Below are positions 1 to 12,899 of a DNA stretch of 64,000 nucleotides, piece after piece. The position numbers and the translations under genes were made by a program. Below the pieces are notes generated by a model that was not told the DNA's origin, ran no database searches, and saw only the letters and a program-made list of their open reading frames with translations. Numbering within the stretch: position 1 is the stretch's first letter; each line of letters opens with the position of its first letter. Origin of the DNA: Raillietiella orientalis (lineage: Eukaryota); contig JAYWIR010000010.1 in NCBI GenBank assembly GCA_036172245.1, positions 3,224,001-3,288,000 on the forward strand. The letters run 5' to 3'.

Positions 1-3000
1 ATTCCTTCTCTGCAACAAGTTCAACGCAGTATCCAGACTCCTTTGCTCAGGATGGGCAAATTGCAATGGTGAAGAGTGGAGAGTCTTAACCACAGAGATG
101 GGAACGTTCCAATTGCAAGAGAAAAGAAGGAACGACGCTTCTTGTGAGAATTTTTCTCAGTTTCCCTAGAGTTTGGTTCCACCAGAGTCTGCAATTCCCT
201 GTATATGTTCTGCAATTCCTCTAGGCAAAGAACAAAAGGAAAGTGCTCACCTCTAAAGGGCAGTAAGAGAACTAAAGTATGTGTCTACTGTTGACTGGCA
301 TAGTGATATTACTCTTTTCCCAATCCTTTCTCAGATTGTCTTTTCGTTATTTCTGTCCATCACTACTTCAAAAGATGCCAGCATCCATAATGTGCTGGAA
401 ACTCTTGCGAAGAATTTTCTTTTTCCAGCTTTCGAGTTTCCTGATGTATGTGTATGGCTACTAGTGGCCTAACGACTGGACATGCTAAAAAATGTATTTC
501 ATCCTCAAAAAGTTCAAATTAGTTTCTTGCTGTGATTTATGACTTGATTGCTTCATCAATATTCATTCTTTAGTCAATAGCAATCCACTGTGCACAAAAG
601 CTTTATCTGTACCACATCGACACTTGTGATCAGAAGCCTTGTTTGCGTTAAACATAGGCAGAGAAACCCCACCAAGTCATTGATATCCATGCTAGCAATC
701 TTTATTTCATCATTAGCCTTTCAGTTCCTCGATGCTCACACCTCAGAGGATTTACCAGCGCGACTGGGATAAAACTAAGCAAAACTGGAATGTGAAATGA
801 TAGTTGGCCAATAGATACCAGGCATATCTTTTCTATAGAGTCCTTGCTTAAGAAGTGATGCAGAATTGAATGGAAAGAATAGAAGATCACATCAAGAAGG
901 ATGCGAAAGCAATAATGGTGAAACATTGCGATCGAAATCCAAATTACAGGCATGATATGCTTAATACTTGACGTGCTTTCCTTCTTCTTTCTTTAATCTC
1001 TTGATTAAAAGTTCTGGAGAACACTGAGAACACGACTGGAACCAATCTCAGCATCCCTAGCAGCACTTCATTGTTTGGAAACAGCTGGATTTATTTTTGT
1101 CCCCAGATCAATGAATATATCCTTAATTCATAGAATTACTCCATCCATTCATTTGTCCCGGGCTAGATTGGGTGCAATTATTCAAAATTAATGTCTAGAA
1201 GATGAGAGCAGCTGCAGCCTGATTTACCGATTCATCTTTGATCAGCTTAATTTGGGCTTCTGGGTCGCAAGTTGTTGCTCGTTCCTACGTTTCAGCTAAA
1301 GTGAAGTCAGAATTTGTGGAGAAGCACTTCATTTCCGGAGGAAACAGGTCCACGATGCCGTGCTCTGTGCATACCAATTCCCGAGCAGAATCGACTCAAT
1401 CTCCTTCCCTACTGTATAGGAAATCCCCCTTGTGAACCCAATTTCAAGCAGCACTTCTGATACATTTCGGACCACTTCAGACGTCTCTCGCAAAAAAAAT
1501 CAATCATCGACGAATCGGTGTTTTTGAAGTTTTCACGATTCGCATCATCCTCCGTAATTGGTGATTCGAAGCTTCACAGCCTTTTTTCATCATGCGTTAT
1601 TCAACGCGGCTTTTCTAATTTTCCCAACCGGCTCTTAAAGAATGCCTTCCACAGAAATGCTTCAATTGGGCTTGTCCTGGTCCTTTGCCCACTGGTTTCT
1701 TCTCTCCTTAATGAGCCTACTTTGTTCTTGCTTTGAATTCCACCAGGGTTGATAGTATCACTTTCACTTGAGATGTGGGGAATTATGACGTAGTACCTTC
1801 AACTTTCCCTGCATGCGAGTGCATTCCTCTCCCACTGAGTTGAATCCTAGGTTACCCATCATGCTCTGGCTCTGGTAAATATCAGTCATCAATATTCATG
1901 CATTCTTCATACAAAACCTTACCTTGAGCAAAAGATCGTCATCTCGCGTCTTCAAATCAGAAATCCTGAGGCAATCGCTTAGAATATAATTTAGACAATC
2001 TGAAGCCACCGGAAGTCCGCTTCAACGCCAAAGGCGAGAAGGAGGCTTCAAGTCCTCGTTGGTCCTCAAGATGCAAACTCAGACCACCGAATCAATGGAT
2101 CTTTCCAGCAGAACGAAGAAAAAGGTGGTTCCGAAGGCATCAAGCCATCTAATTGAATACTCATAATTGACTACTCGCCTCACTGATTTCCCAGTGTCGG
2201 CTTGAAAGGACAGTATTCAGACTCAACAAAAAAAAGTCATAATTATCGGTATAAGGTTCATTTCTGTTCACGTGAAGCAATCGGAAGGCTTGAGACGTAA
2301 GAATCAAACCAATCAAAACAAGGATGATGAAACGGTGCTGACTTATATCCCACTTCAATGGAGAACGATAGCGGAATCACTTTGATGAAAAGGAGGTTGC
2401 CCCAGGCTATCGAGCAAAAACACTGTCATCGAGTTGTCACTTCTAAGAGGTAGCGCATGATTCGTAGCTGCAACAGATTCCATCATTTGCCAGGTGTTAA
2501 TCAAGTAGCTCATAATGTTCCAATGACAAATTTAGTCATTTCAAGGAGGCATTGAGCGAACTGGAAACATCCTCTCTTGAACAAATAAATTTGCAGAGTG
2601 CTTTGTAGAATGCACCAAGCAGGTGCACGTCAACAGCACGTACTGATTCCCTACGTGAGATGGAGCGAGAAGAGGCTTTCTGCATGTCATCCAACCATAA
2701 TTTTTTTATGCACTCTAAAATATGCAAAATGGCACGCGCTTTATATGCGTCTATCATCTTCTGACTTGAGCACAGTTTTACCGACTTTCATTATCTTCCA
2801 TTTTTTATCAAGATCGGAACTCATAGCTACTTTATTTGCGTATTCCGTTTCCATGGTCGTCTACGGTTACGTTCCATTCCGGTATGGGATGTCACATAGG
2901 CTGGAAGCCCGCCGCCGTGGGACACGTTGATAACTAGACCAATCGTCCAGCTACCCATTATCACCTCTTGTACCTTTGCTTTTACCGAGAAGGACATACA

Positions 3001-6000
3001 GCCATAGCACTTGAATCCAGGAATACGCTATAGTCCGTTTCATTTCAAAAAGCTCATGTTACAGTGGCCTCAACGAATTCTTGCTCTACGGTGAAGAGGC
3101 ATACCAGCTGTTTAGGACGGCGTGCGAGTTCGTCTTGCAAGCCTAGAAGCGAAATAGTCAACGAACATCCTGATCAGAGGACAAAGGGGAAAGATTTACA
3201 CGGATCTGTGAGAGGCAGAGAACTGCGGAAACACGCGAATGTCTCTTTTTTTCCCTTTGGAGCCATGTTTCCTTAGCTCCGCCTCTGAGCGAATCCGTTC
3301 AAGAGAACTGGTTTGCAACCCATAAATCATAGGTCCAAATTAGCATTCATTGAGAGACCTCTGACGACTGACTGGTTTGTGGAATGTCCGCCTCACATCT
3401 CAACACGTCTAGATGAGCCAGGATGTTGCGACATACCATGGCTGCAAGACTATAGTAAATCTCACTATGGATGAGTTGTCTGGCAGTTTCATCTCCTCAA
3501 GTATGCCAGTTGCCTAGATTTATTCTCGTCGTGTCATGTAGTCACCTCGGGGTGCCTCAGTGCTCTCTTGGTTTTTTATGTGCTCCTTTATTTTTTTTTT
3601 TTAAGCACAATTCCCCTCTTTCGTGCTCATTGGGTTTCTGTATAGATTTATTGTGTTAAATAAACAGCCAGGGTATGAAGCACTCTCACTGATTGTGAAT
3701 GCAGGTAGAAGCACTAAAAGATCTCTTTAGATTGAAGCATCTCAGTTACATTAGTTGTATTATAGATTACATCCACATTATTGTAAATTCTTTTCCCAGT
3801 TCCCACCAAAGGCACACAGGGAGAGAAGAGAACGAGCAGAACATGCAATTACCCATCATTCCAAGGTATTCTGATGGATATGGAAATGGAATTCAGAATT
3901 TGAGCTTCTACAACGGTGCCTTCCGTTCCAGAGTATCCCATAGCCGGTCGGTTCCAAAGATGCTCCCGGAAGCGATGCTTTTCGTCTGCACTGCTAGTCC
4001 ATTTTGGCATCTTCCCGTTCTACACGAACCATCTTCATTGGATGGTGCAACGACTCATTCTGATCAAACAGATGCTAACATGTGCAGATTTTTCTGATAC
4101 CTTTTGTCAAAAGCAAAAACAAAAGGAGCACAAGATGTGTGCATCGATGAAACAAACGGGTTTTTCCTTCCATCTGTAATTGACTGAAACCATTTACTCC
4201 GGGGTAAGATGGGCAGCGCGTCTCACGCCTGCCACATTCTCGGCGGCGTGAGACGCGAGCAAAGCCTCCTGTTTTTGAATTCGTGGTTGGCAATGCCGGA
4301 TTCGAAATACCTGTCCTTGCCCCGAAGTGTCGTGACACGATCGTCCCAAACTTCCTCACTCTTTGACCCTCTCTTCGTTTTGCTTCGGTTTGGCTTGTGC
4401 TGTGATGTTGAGTCCATTTCAGAACAGGAAAGTATCCACTTTTGAAGGCATATCTTCTGAGCTAGGAGTTGTGAAAGAGGAAAATCACAAAAGCGACAGC
4501 AGTTGTCTGCGATGGAAAACGGTGGTAGGTAAGGAACCAGCAAGTCTTCTCCTCGAAAGTGCAACTCCCTTTTACTTGCCTTTGAAAAGTTTTTATTCTG
4601 AAGAATATTTCAGCTTTTGCAATTGCACTCGGTTCAGAAAACTTCTGTTCCATTAAAGTTGAGAGCCAAAACGAACCTTTGCGAACTCCATGAACTGTTC
4701 CAGGTCTCGAAGCCAATCTTTGGACATGAAAATGAAGAGATGATCATTGTCCTTCAAGGACAGTAGTATCGTTCACATCAACATAAATTGTATGGCAGGA
4801 GAAAGCAAGCGGCGGAAGATGCCGAGAAGATCTTGCACTGTTTCAGATGATCTTGGAGTTTTTATATCCTGTTTGCTCTGATCTTCAGAAAAAATCATTT
4901 TTCGTAGGTCCATCGGTACAACTCTTGGAAACGCAATGCTTACAAAGAAATACCTACATTTCCAAGAGATGAAATATGACAAGTGGATGGAACAAAGAGA
5001 AGTTTTTTGAAAAAGGAATGAGGATTCATAAGTTTTTCAGTGCGATGCTCGCTTGCATTTCCATGTGATCTTCCGTCTTCGTGGCTTTTCTGAACCACTA
5101 GAGGGCGGGAGCAGAATCGACAACCTCGTTGGTACGGGATGCAGCTTTCAGATGCACGAGATCATTCATAACAGTGGTGGGAGTCTCTCCGTTCTTGCAC
5201 GTAATTTTTCTCATCTCGTACCGATCAACTGCATCGTTGGTTTGCCTCCTGTGCCAGGAGCCACGTAATACTGAATCCGGAAAAGATAAGGGTCAGCTGT
5301 AGGTTTGCATGAAGTTGAAAGTTTGTTTTGGATGGAAGCACGTCCCGTTCCATTATTCGAACTGTTGCGATGCATAGGCAGAGAAGGTATCCAATGCCGG
5401 CAAGTTTGCGTAGGAAGGAAGGAAAATGTGTCCTCTGGAGAGCATGGGATTGCTCAGTGAAGATATCCTGGCACTAGAATGCGCTACCACATCTCTCACA
5501 GGGGCTGCAGATGCGGGAACGCGGATAATCATATTCTTCGAAAATCTGGAACTCACAAGAACTTTCGGGATTCGTGAGTTGCTATTTCCGACTTCCAAGT
5601 TATAATTGCTATTTTTTTCTGCGACAGAAAAACGAGGCAGTTAAGCAGCAGACCTTCTGTCTTCAAAAACTTGGTGGGACCAGTGAACATTATAGTTGGA
5701 CCATGGTTACTTCAATGAGGATCGCCTTTTCACAGCAGAATGGACCACCAACGTGTTCAGATTGATCTTCAAGAAATCCAAACAGGAAACCAAGTTCGTT
5801 AACCGCAGCAGTCAAACAGCTTATTTTGCAGGCTTTGGCCTTAATACCGTGTGGATTCGGCATCCGTGTGAATGCTTCATTGGTCGAGAATGCATGCCTG
5901 TGTTGCCCACGGAACTTCTAAATCTACGAAATTCAATGCAGGGTTACAGAAAAAGCTGAAGAACCGGTATCTGCCTTTTGGTTCCGCTCGTGTGCCACTG

Positions 6001-6379
6001 TTATGTCTTCACATGATTTGCGCCTCGTCGATCGCAAGGCGCAAATCATAAGCTTTTGTATTTCATCGTCTTTTACGCTATCGATGATCATCAGTAACGG
6101 CAGTCCCGTGCAGAAAAATTATTGGGAGCTGGAGACTGTAACGAGTTCTTCGACGATTCGTACCGATCGCACCTTAGACTTTCTCACCCCGCAGAGCTCA
6201 CGCTCATCCTGCTTTAAGGATTGGCACCCGGCGACTCCGGGACATTTATTTCACAATAATAAAATAAACCCACAATTTGGAAAATACACCGTTGAAATGA
6301 AATTTTCCTATAAAAAGGTCCAGAGGAAGTTGAAGGCGAGAGTCCACCGCTGCTCCCGACCGGTTTCCTGAACGTTCAG

Positions 6380-7000
6380 AGCATAGGGGATAGGGGAAAA
6401 AACAAAAGCAAAAACAAATTGGAGGGTAGTGACAGGGTCTTTGACTTTTCCCTCTCCTTCACGAAACACTAGGAAAAGGCCAAAACAGGAAGGAGTGGGC
6501 AGTAAACAATAATCACCGGTCCTTTCAGAAGTTGCGCAGGATATCGGCGATCTCCTTCTTGACTTCCTTGTTTAGGTGAAACCACCTGGAAGCCGTCCTC
6601 ATACAGACAGCTGAGATGCTGGTGCCCTCCATTCTCCGCGCCCGCGACTCCAGCAAATGGGAAGCTGTAACGACGGCACGGATGCAACATGTCGTCGCTA
6701 TCATGGTGGCTGTATTGGCTCCACTTATCGTGAAGAATCGCCGCTGCAAGTCCGTCGCCGTGTCTCCGGTATGCAGGAGTGCTGAGTTCAGCCTCCTTCA
6801 AAGTTCCTGAAGGGCACTGCAGTCCAACAAGAGATGCGGAAACAATTTGCTCGCCCCACACTTCAAACAGTTCGGGGACACAACGTCCCCGGAGATCCGG
6901 TTCCTTCACTGGTTGCACTAGAAACCCCAATGCAGAAACAGCAGGATGTCCTGCTTACATTTCACCCGGAACACAGCAGTGTGTATACGCAAGGGAGGGA
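6380..7000 (-). mobile_element. Degenerate non-LTR retrotransposon (L1/Tx1-like) ORF2 3' end
   Basis: Frameshifted minus ORFs 6469..6930 and 6525..6749 (…TTCCIRAVVTASHLLESRARRMEG…EVKKEIADILRNF) resemble the C-terminal tails of the fragments at 31541-31981 (CIHAIVTVLHLLDSGSRRIE) and ~9740-9800 (QQKEELASVLQR). Confidence 0.5.
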
Positions 7001-7499
7001 GAACAAGTTCGTCGGAGGCTACTCTGAGCACCTCGTTCCATCGAAGCGGTCCCTTCTCCTCATGACATGAAGCGGAGGAGTCCGCTTTAGGGGAGGAGAT
7101 GGAACTGGTGGCAGGACGGCGTTTTCTTCGCTGGCGCTTTCGAAGGCTCAGATTTGTAGGTTTTGCAATTTCGTCCTTCTCCGCCTTGCTGGAAACCAAG
7201 GGGGAAGTTGCGACGCGGTCATCTGGGCTCCGAGACGAATGCTGTTGCTACACAAACCCTAACAGGGAATGCTGAAGGCTGACAGAGTGAAGTCTTATCT
7301 CTACTGAGCAAGGGAATGACCGATATTGTACTTGGCACCAGTTCTCTGGTAGTCTTTTACACCGACTCGCATCTCAGAAGACTGGAACGGTGGAAAGGTA
7401 AGAGCAGGGAAAAGAGGGAATCACAGTTTAATCTCGTCATGCCCTCTGCAGTCTGCGTGCAGTGCTGGCAGTATCTTTCTTTGCTCCATTTTCTAGATG

Positions 7500-8200
7500 G
7501 AGATCATTCTCTTACTCTCTTCAGCGAAAGGGACACAAAGCATGCGGCTTCCCACTTTTGCTGGCTTGCGTGCTTGCGACTCATGTCTGACAGTCGCCCA
7601 CTCGAATCAATGAGAACTGGACGATCAGAGGTGAGTGGGGAGGTATGCGAAAGAGTTCGTCGAGTATAAGGCGGCTCCTTAGCGGCGCTTCCTCGGAGAG
7701 GTGGGAGGCGCTTCCAGCTGTCTCTGAAAAGTGCCAACGGTACGATGCTATACCGATGGTCTGGCTCGAACCGTGCAAGAAAATCGGTCCCCTGGAGCTC
7801 CAGGCGTTCATTTGCCTAGTGTACAAGACCTGAGAAAGATGACAGCCCACTCCGTGATATGAGTTAGTGCTATGACGGTTTCGATCTCTGCACCTCCAGA
7901 ACACAGGTCCTGAGATGTGTAACCATGCCAGCCGAATGACTGAACCACATGCCTACTGAGAGGCAACAATAAAATCTCTGAGTCCCGGCAGAGAAGTAAA
8001 TGAGAAACGTATGGACACGTAAAATACAGACACACCGTAAGAAGAGTTTCGCCGTCCGGATGGGCTTTCTTCTCGACCAGCGATGCCGGAAGTCTCCTGT
8101 TCCTCTTGCATGATGAGGAACTTACCAAGGTGGCTCCACCTGCATCAGGGGGATGCCTTCTGCATCTCAGGCAGGCTTCAGAAGACGTTTAAAGATAAAA
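7500..8200 (-). mobile_element. Possible degenerate non-LTR ORF2 (post-RT) remnant
   Basis: Weak similarity of RLPASLVEKK…LTVCLYF to the post-RT segment at ~35200 (QVPLAERAFIENTFVFS). Heavily decayed. Confidence 0.25.
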
Positions 8201-10608
8201 CTGTGGTCCCAATCCCTCTCCCTCTCCTAGCTTATTATTTTTTCTTTCAGCTTGATTCCCCCTCCCCTTCACCCTGCTGGCCTTTCTGCGTAGCCAGTCT
8301 GCGCTCCGGAAGAAGGATTCTCCCCTTCTTGTACTCCAGAAGCTTTGCAGGAGAAAATTCTTATTTTGTGTGCTCATCTGCTTACGTGTCTGTGTTTTTC
8401 GGGAGTGCCCCAGGGTGAATTCTTCGTTCTGGTATGCCAGTCCATTTATATGGAATAATAGGATGAAAACACAATAGAAAAGGATCAGCTAATGCGAAAC
8501 GAAAGGACTTGGACCACACTGGGGACAGAACTAGGGAGCGAGTGGAGGGTAAAGAAGAAAGGCCAATAAATGAATAAATGGATAAGCAGGGATGAACTGA
8601 ACCGGCCTTGCAGGGGTGCTTATCATTCCCGTTGAGTGGGGACGTTATCGGTAGTTAGGACTCAGTTCGTCCACACTTGCTTGGAAACTCCCCTGTTTGC
8701 GCTCTTATTTGGGCCTCTTCACCCCACCCATTGCGGACGAGAAATTTGCAGACAGCTCTCTGGGATGTCCGTCTCACTCTTCGTCTATCTTGATAATCAC
8801 GGTTAACTTCATGTAGAGGAGAGTTACCAGCATTAGCAAGTAAACGTCGTCGTGACTGGTTGGCAAGGGTGCCGGCGCTCGATGCTAGGGAAAAACTCGA
8901 AGCCCGGGAAAAGTAGCGTCGGGGGCTGCCACTTGAAGGGGAGCGGAGCTACCAAAGGTAAGTAGGTAGCGACGTTAAGGGAATGGGAAAAAATCTTGCA
9001 GTGCTTCTTGGTCCTGAAGCCTGAGAACTTGGAAACGAAACCGGCAGTGCCCCCTAAGAACGAAGATCAAACGGAGTCGAGCAAACGGCTGAATCACTAG
9101 AGGTGAAAGCCACCGGCAGCTGTCGACTTTGGGAGAAGCGAATCAAAAGCAGCGAGTCATCCCAAGAAACACTGCTTTGCAAGGGAGTCTTGGATCCAGT
9201 GATCGCAGTAGGCGTCAATCAGGCTTGCCAAGCAAAATGGGAACCGGCTAAAGGAAGAACAAGAAGCGAGGAACAGATTGACGCAAAAGAATGCGGAGAT
9301 GGATGATCTCAAACGCGTGGATTTCTTTGCAGGACAATCGCCGCGCCGAACCACCAACCCCTGAATCTCGTAAAGCTATTTGTTTTATTTTCGCTGACGT
9401 TGAAACAGATCCCTGAAATTCTGAAACGCGCTCATACTGGACGTCCTTGTGATGGACTCAATAAGCAAAGAAAGCTTTCTCCCAGTCACAAAGGGGCGTC
9501 TGTGAAAAAAATCCATATGCACAGGTCATCTCTCATGCAAAAAACAGACAGTCATTTCTCCGCAGTGGAATTGCATTCCCAGTACGCTAGTAAGAGTTCT
9601 TGCTCGTGGGCAGATCATCTTGAGAGCTCCTCGCAGGAAAAATAAGGAAGAGAAGAGCAAACAAAAAATAAATAAGAGAACAAAATTGAGAATACTGGTG
9701 ACAAGGAGAGGGATCACAGACATGCTCTCTGGCGCCCTATTCATCCTTTGCAAAACACTGGCAAGTTCCTCCTTCTGTTGAGCGATGCAGCCATCTCGTG
9801 GTCATCCTCAAATTGGAGATCACCAGGCCGTATCTGTCCGTCGTCATCATCGTGGCTTTTCGCCGCCACGACGTCGCGTCAGCAGCACAGAGCCGCGATC
9901 GACGCCGTAGGCAACATTCCGCCGGGGTCGAGGAGGCCTCTCAGCACGCTTCGCGCGTTGTCTCTCGGTGATTCCAGGGACGCCGCCAAACTCTTCCGGA
10001 CGCTCCGGAAGGCAGCACACTCGAAAAGCGGACGCCACAAGGGTTCCTTTTCAGCAAACCTAGCCCCGTCCTAGCGTTTCCCTGGTCCGTTGGTGGAAGC
10101 ATGCGTTGTAAGGCACGGTCCGATGCAGACGTCGCAACGCCGAGTCCTGTTCCTTCCGGGGAGGCACGGAGCTGTCCAAAAACATCGCGGAGATCTCCAT
10201 TTCGTTCAAGGGGCTTTGGAGGAGATGCTTTCGGTGGAGAATTCCTTCGGGGTGGAACAACCCAAAAGTTTCTTGCTTCCTGCTGTTTCGCTGGACACCT
10301 GCCGATTCACCGTTCGGTCACTGTCTTAGTTGTCCCGTAGTGCCACAGCAAGTGCCGTTGTTGGAGCGCACGCGATTTTCCTGAAGGCCTTCCCAAACCT
10401 TTTTGAACGAGCAGAGAGCGTGAGCGATGGAAAGCCGCAGACACCTCTCTTTCTCCGAGTTCGTGCCGTCGGTTTTCGCCCACGTCCGAAATGTTTCCTG
10501 TTTTCAGGAACCCTGTGTTCGTGGGCGAGCGGGAGATCCAGTCTGTATCCGAAAACTTGACTGACACTTAATAAGTTATGAAATAATATAGAAGAAGAAA
10601 TGAAAGAA

Positions 10609-10704
10609 TGGAGAACAGAAAGAACGCCGTACCTTAGAGAAATAATGGATTCTCTTTCGCATTCTTCACCAGCTGAAAAAGTGATATTCATGAAAGGAGC
10701 GCAG
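10609..10704 (+). pseudogene. Fragment of phage terminase large subunit (GpA family), Wolbachia prophage WO-like
   Basis: Stop-free frame WRTERTPYLREIMDSLSHSSPAEKVIFMKGAQ matches the GpA N-terminal signature (TPYL.EIMD…V.FMK.AQ, just before the GxTE P-loop). It closely resembles the WO terminase as I recall it. AT-rich against GC-rich flanks. Confidence 0.8.
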
Positions 10705-10767
10705 TTGTTCCTTTATCTCAGTTAACTTTCGCTCTAGCTCATCATACTTGGCATCAGTGATTTCAGG
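10705..10767 (-). pseudogene. ligA: Fragment of bacterial NAD-dependent DNA ligase N-terminus (domain Ia)
   Basis: Minus frame PEITDAKYDELERKLTEIKEQ matches the LigA domain Ia motif P.ISDAEYD.L…L..LE. It abuts the terminase fragment directly. Confidence 0.7.
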
Positions 10768-10800
10768 TATTAGTAAAGTTAATTCCAGAATTCTCTAACC

Positions 10801-10834
10801 TGGCGCAGGACATATTAAAATACGTCCTGCGCCA
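10801..10834. repeat. Fold-back inverted repeat (16 bp arms, 2 nt loop) at the right end of the bacterial insert; second copy at 34819-34852
   Basis: TGGCGCAGGACATATT-AA-AATACGTCCTGCGCCA, 15/16 complementary. Confidence 0.9.
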
Positions 10835-11849
10835 AGGCGATGCCTGCCGAAGATCAGGGTGGTTTCCGGTGGCTCGAGTTCAAGAAGGAAGGAAGTCCTT
10901 CTGAGGCATTTGCTCGTTCGGCAAAGGTGCGCTCTGGCACGCAGCAATACGTGGTCCAGCGTTTTCCTGACAGTACCGATCTTCTCAACTGCAGCTGGCG
11001 TTCGATGCTCTCCAGCGTCAGCGAGCCAAATCTACATATCTTTCAAGAATTCTCGAAACCTTCTGAGCCCTGAAGGGCACTTGTGAGATCGTCGGTTCAC
11101 ATTCTAATCTCATAGGGGCGAGGCAAGCAAAAAGCAGGGGGAGGAGAAAGGGGGACACAAACGTGTTTTACATGGCGCGTCGTTCTGACAGGAGAAATCT
11201 GCCATCCAGAAACGAGTCGAGCATCGATTCTGACTTTTAGAGACGCTAGGCTGGGCTTTCTCAAGGAAGAAGTCCCTGAAATGGAAGCTCGGATACTCGA
11301 AGTACCCCAAACAGACGTAGTCCAGCTTCCCAAAAGAAGAAGAGCGAAAGCAGCGAGATCCCTCTTCTTGAAGCAGCGAGATGTTCAATCGTACACAAAT
11401 AACCCTTTGCTTAGGATTACATGCAAGTCGTTCTTTTTTTCTTCCTAGAAGTAGGGCCACGACGAATCACGATCGTATCCCGTAAGACGCGTTGGTTTCC
11501 AGCAAAGTCAAGGGACACCGTCCGCGAAGCGTTGGTGGGTTACAAAATGATTCCTACCTAGAGGGATCGGTCGTCTGTCCTCAAAAAAAAAGTTTTTTTC
11601 ATTCTTTTCCTTCCAGGCAGGTGCTGCGACGACTTCAACCATCGACTCCGTCCACCCGGCGAACTGGACTATTTAGCTGCAGGAGTCCGTTTTCGCATGG
11701 GGTAAATCTGCCTACGAAACAGAAGATACGCCCGACAGCCGTTGAGAGAGATCCTGGGTAATACCAGGAATCTGCTTCGGGAGTCGTTCATCCCCGTTGC
11801 CCCAGTGCTGCTCTCCCTACGGGAAGCAAGGGACAGCGACCTTCTCACA

Positions 11850-12530
11850 AAGTGGGAGGTGACGTGTTTAATAAACAATACAAAAAGAATTCAACGAGAG
11901 TGAACAACTCGGGAGCTGGAGGATGCTGCCACCCCGAGTATCCCTCCAAAAAGTCTGCTACGCCAGAGAGAGCTGCTAAGGATTTCTCCGGAGGAGATAC
12001 AGTGGTCCCAGCGTTCTGGAGCAGTGCTACCCTCCCTCTTAAGTGGCAAGAGGCGGTGATCCTTCTGTTGCATTGAGGACCTCCTGTGCAACGACCGCCG
12101 ACACCATTGAACCCGGGGGAGTGTAAGCTCCAACTGCAGCAGATAAGGAGAAAGAGAATCATCCCTCCTGCACCTGCTCATGAATTGTGTTGCCCTCCGC
12201 TCCCTGTGGGAACGCTTTTCCGCGTCCCTGCAAAACCCCGAGGGCAGCCCAAGAGACATTCTGAAGTGCCTCTTCCAGAGCGACGCCCTCACGCTGGTCG
12301 TGTTCTTAGCAGCATTCTGTTGCCTCCGCAGGATCGTGGTTCCATGGAGCAACAACTCAAGAGGAGGCCAAAATGATAGGGATGCCATCTACTTATCCGT
12401 CCTGTTCATGAGTATAGAGTCAAGATGGCCCCATCCAGTGATCCTAAAACAGGAACTTGCCGGCATCCTTACGAGGATGCAGAGGTTGGCTTCCAGCATG
12501 CGGTGATCTCTTCCCGAACCCTTCCAATTT
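11850..12530 (+). mobile_element. L1/Tx1-like ORF2 3' end with zf-RVT motif (family B)
   Basis: Across frameshifts it reads LPLKWQEAVILLLH…CSR*GEKESSLLHLLMNCVALRSLWERFSASLQNP…AAFCCLRRIVV, followed by a T-rich 3' region. Confidence 0.7.
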
Positions 12531-12899
12531 TTTTTTCGTATACATATTCTCTGTTTTATTTTTCTTTTTGATTCTCCCCTTTTCCTCTGCTGAGGAGGCT
12601 AAGCTCGCCGGCCTGCGCTTCAGTCTTCGGAAAGTTCATTTTTTTATATTTGTAACGTGGCAGGACCGAGCGTCCTGCCATTGACTTGTGTGTTCATAAA
12701 CGCCCTGGCACAACCGGGTGTCAAACCAATAGACTCTTCCTCCTCATCGCGTCGCCTTTATTATTTTTGCCCCATCACATCCCTACGAATTGCAAAGTAG
12801 CTTTTCCACAGCCCTCGCGGAGCGGGTGCCCGTGCTCTTTAGCGAAGTGAGCAGAGGGGAGAGGGATCGCGATGTAGAGGTCCTTTTCCGCAGGGCATC

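Larger units (their letters stand above)
9803..10943. repeat. ~1.14 kb near-identical duplication, copy 1 (copy 2 at 33821-34961)
   Basis: Constant offset of 24018. ORF translations are identical (9847..10038 = 33865..34056; 10326..10691 = 34344..34709). By eye I saw only two substitutions (10838, 10925). Confidence 0.97.
9660..11460 (-). mobile_element. Degenerate L1/Tx1-like ORF2 3' portion, interrupted by a bacterial-derived insert
   Basis: Minus frame near 10040-9880 reads LFECAAFRSVRKSLAASLESPRDNARSVLRGLL…AALCC, homologous to the zf-RVT tails at 12180 and ~16650. An RT-downstream-like segment (VCLGYFEYP) lies near 11300. Confidence 0.65.

Noticed and set aside
1..1750. Coding-like minus-strand stretches (possible viral or Helitron remnant)
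   Set aside because: Many stops and no diagnostic motif that I could identify. It needs a frameshift-aware search.
3830..4100. Possible ionotropic receptor C-terminal remnant (also ~19640-20080)
   Set aside because: Resemblance too weak to support without a profile search.
10326..10691. Minus-strand 121 aa ORF conserved in both duplicates
   Set aside because: It is the antisense of the terminase fragment fused to retroelement sequence. Its conservation only reflects recent copying.
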